A DNA stretch of 63,997 nt, the filler included, from Jimgerdemannia flammicorona (Eukaryota), in the NCBI GenBank assembly GCA_003990765.1. It is 3 parts of 3 records of this genome, joined end to end, with 100 filler letters (N's around TTAATTAATTAA, not from the genome) between each part and the next. Parts side by side here need not be neighbours in the genome. Positions count along the whole stretch, not along the records: positions 43,088 to 63,997 come from RBNJ01001569.1; 2 more parts are not named here. The stretch is one strand, 5' to 3'. Both the position numbers and the translations under genes were made by a program. This document shows, piece by piece, positions 63,721 to 63,997 of the stretch (the stretch's first letter is position 1; each line of letters begins with the position of its first letter). The notes under the pieces were generated by a model, which worked only from the letters and a program-made list of their open reading frames with translations, had not been told where the DNA came from and did not search any database.

Positions 63721-63997
63721 AGTGCTGACAAGAAAGAATGTATTGTGGCAGTATGGGTGGGGTTGGCTGGACATTGGCTCTTTGTTTTTGAGGAGGGGCA
63801 ATAGTTAGGGATAAGAGAGAAGTTGTTGAGATGGGAGGAGTTGGTGGCTGATCTGCTGATGAGGTAGTGGGTTGGATGGGGACCACAAGGTGGGTGGCAT
63901 CGCCATCTGGTAGAAGGGATCTGTAAACAGAGTGGTGGGTGGGTGGAGATGGTGTTTGATAAAGTGGTCTTTCATTGCGAAGGGGTTGGGGGGGGGA
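63721..63997 (+). mobile_element. G-rich non-LTR fragment related to the 26593-27014 insertion
   Basis: GGCTGGACATTGGCTCTTTGTTTTTGAGGAGG resembles GGCCGGCCACTGGCTATTTGTATTTGAGGAGG near 26700. Confidence 0.45.

Overview
Eukaryotic, repeat-rich fungal DNA. An early-diverging Mucoromycota/Glomeromycotina-type genome is inferred from the HxDLHxxN TKL kinase, short GT-AG introns and the gene families present. Two 100-nt scaffold gaps contain an artificial TTAATTAATTAA linker. Apparently intact genes: a TPR protein (5' end only), a 7-TM GPCR-like protein, a 2-exon TKL kinase head-to-head with a 2-exon 82-aa signal-peptide/single-TM microprotein, and a 7-exon flavin L-amino-acid oxidase. Pseudogenes: a LodB/GoxB-like flavoprotein, a Uma2-like nuclease fragment and a possible Psf3-like relic. 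The centre (about 23-49 kb) is a nested transposon stack. A complete 11-kb Ty3/Gypsy chromovirus (2023-bp LTRs; extended Gag-dUTPase-PR-RT-RH-IN-chromodomain in essentially one frame) and an internally deleted antisense relative both sit inside one older LTR of the same family. LINE, SINE-like and hAT elements surround them. The most unusual signals are (i) a betaretrovirus-like dUTPase between the Gag zinc knuckle and the protease, and (ii) a ~200-aa accessory ORF inside the LTR U3 region, with an apparent homologue in the LTR of a different family at 60.5-62 kb and a different cargo in the sister LTR type. The repeats show heavy C>T/G>A decay. All translations, splice models and alignments were done by eye.
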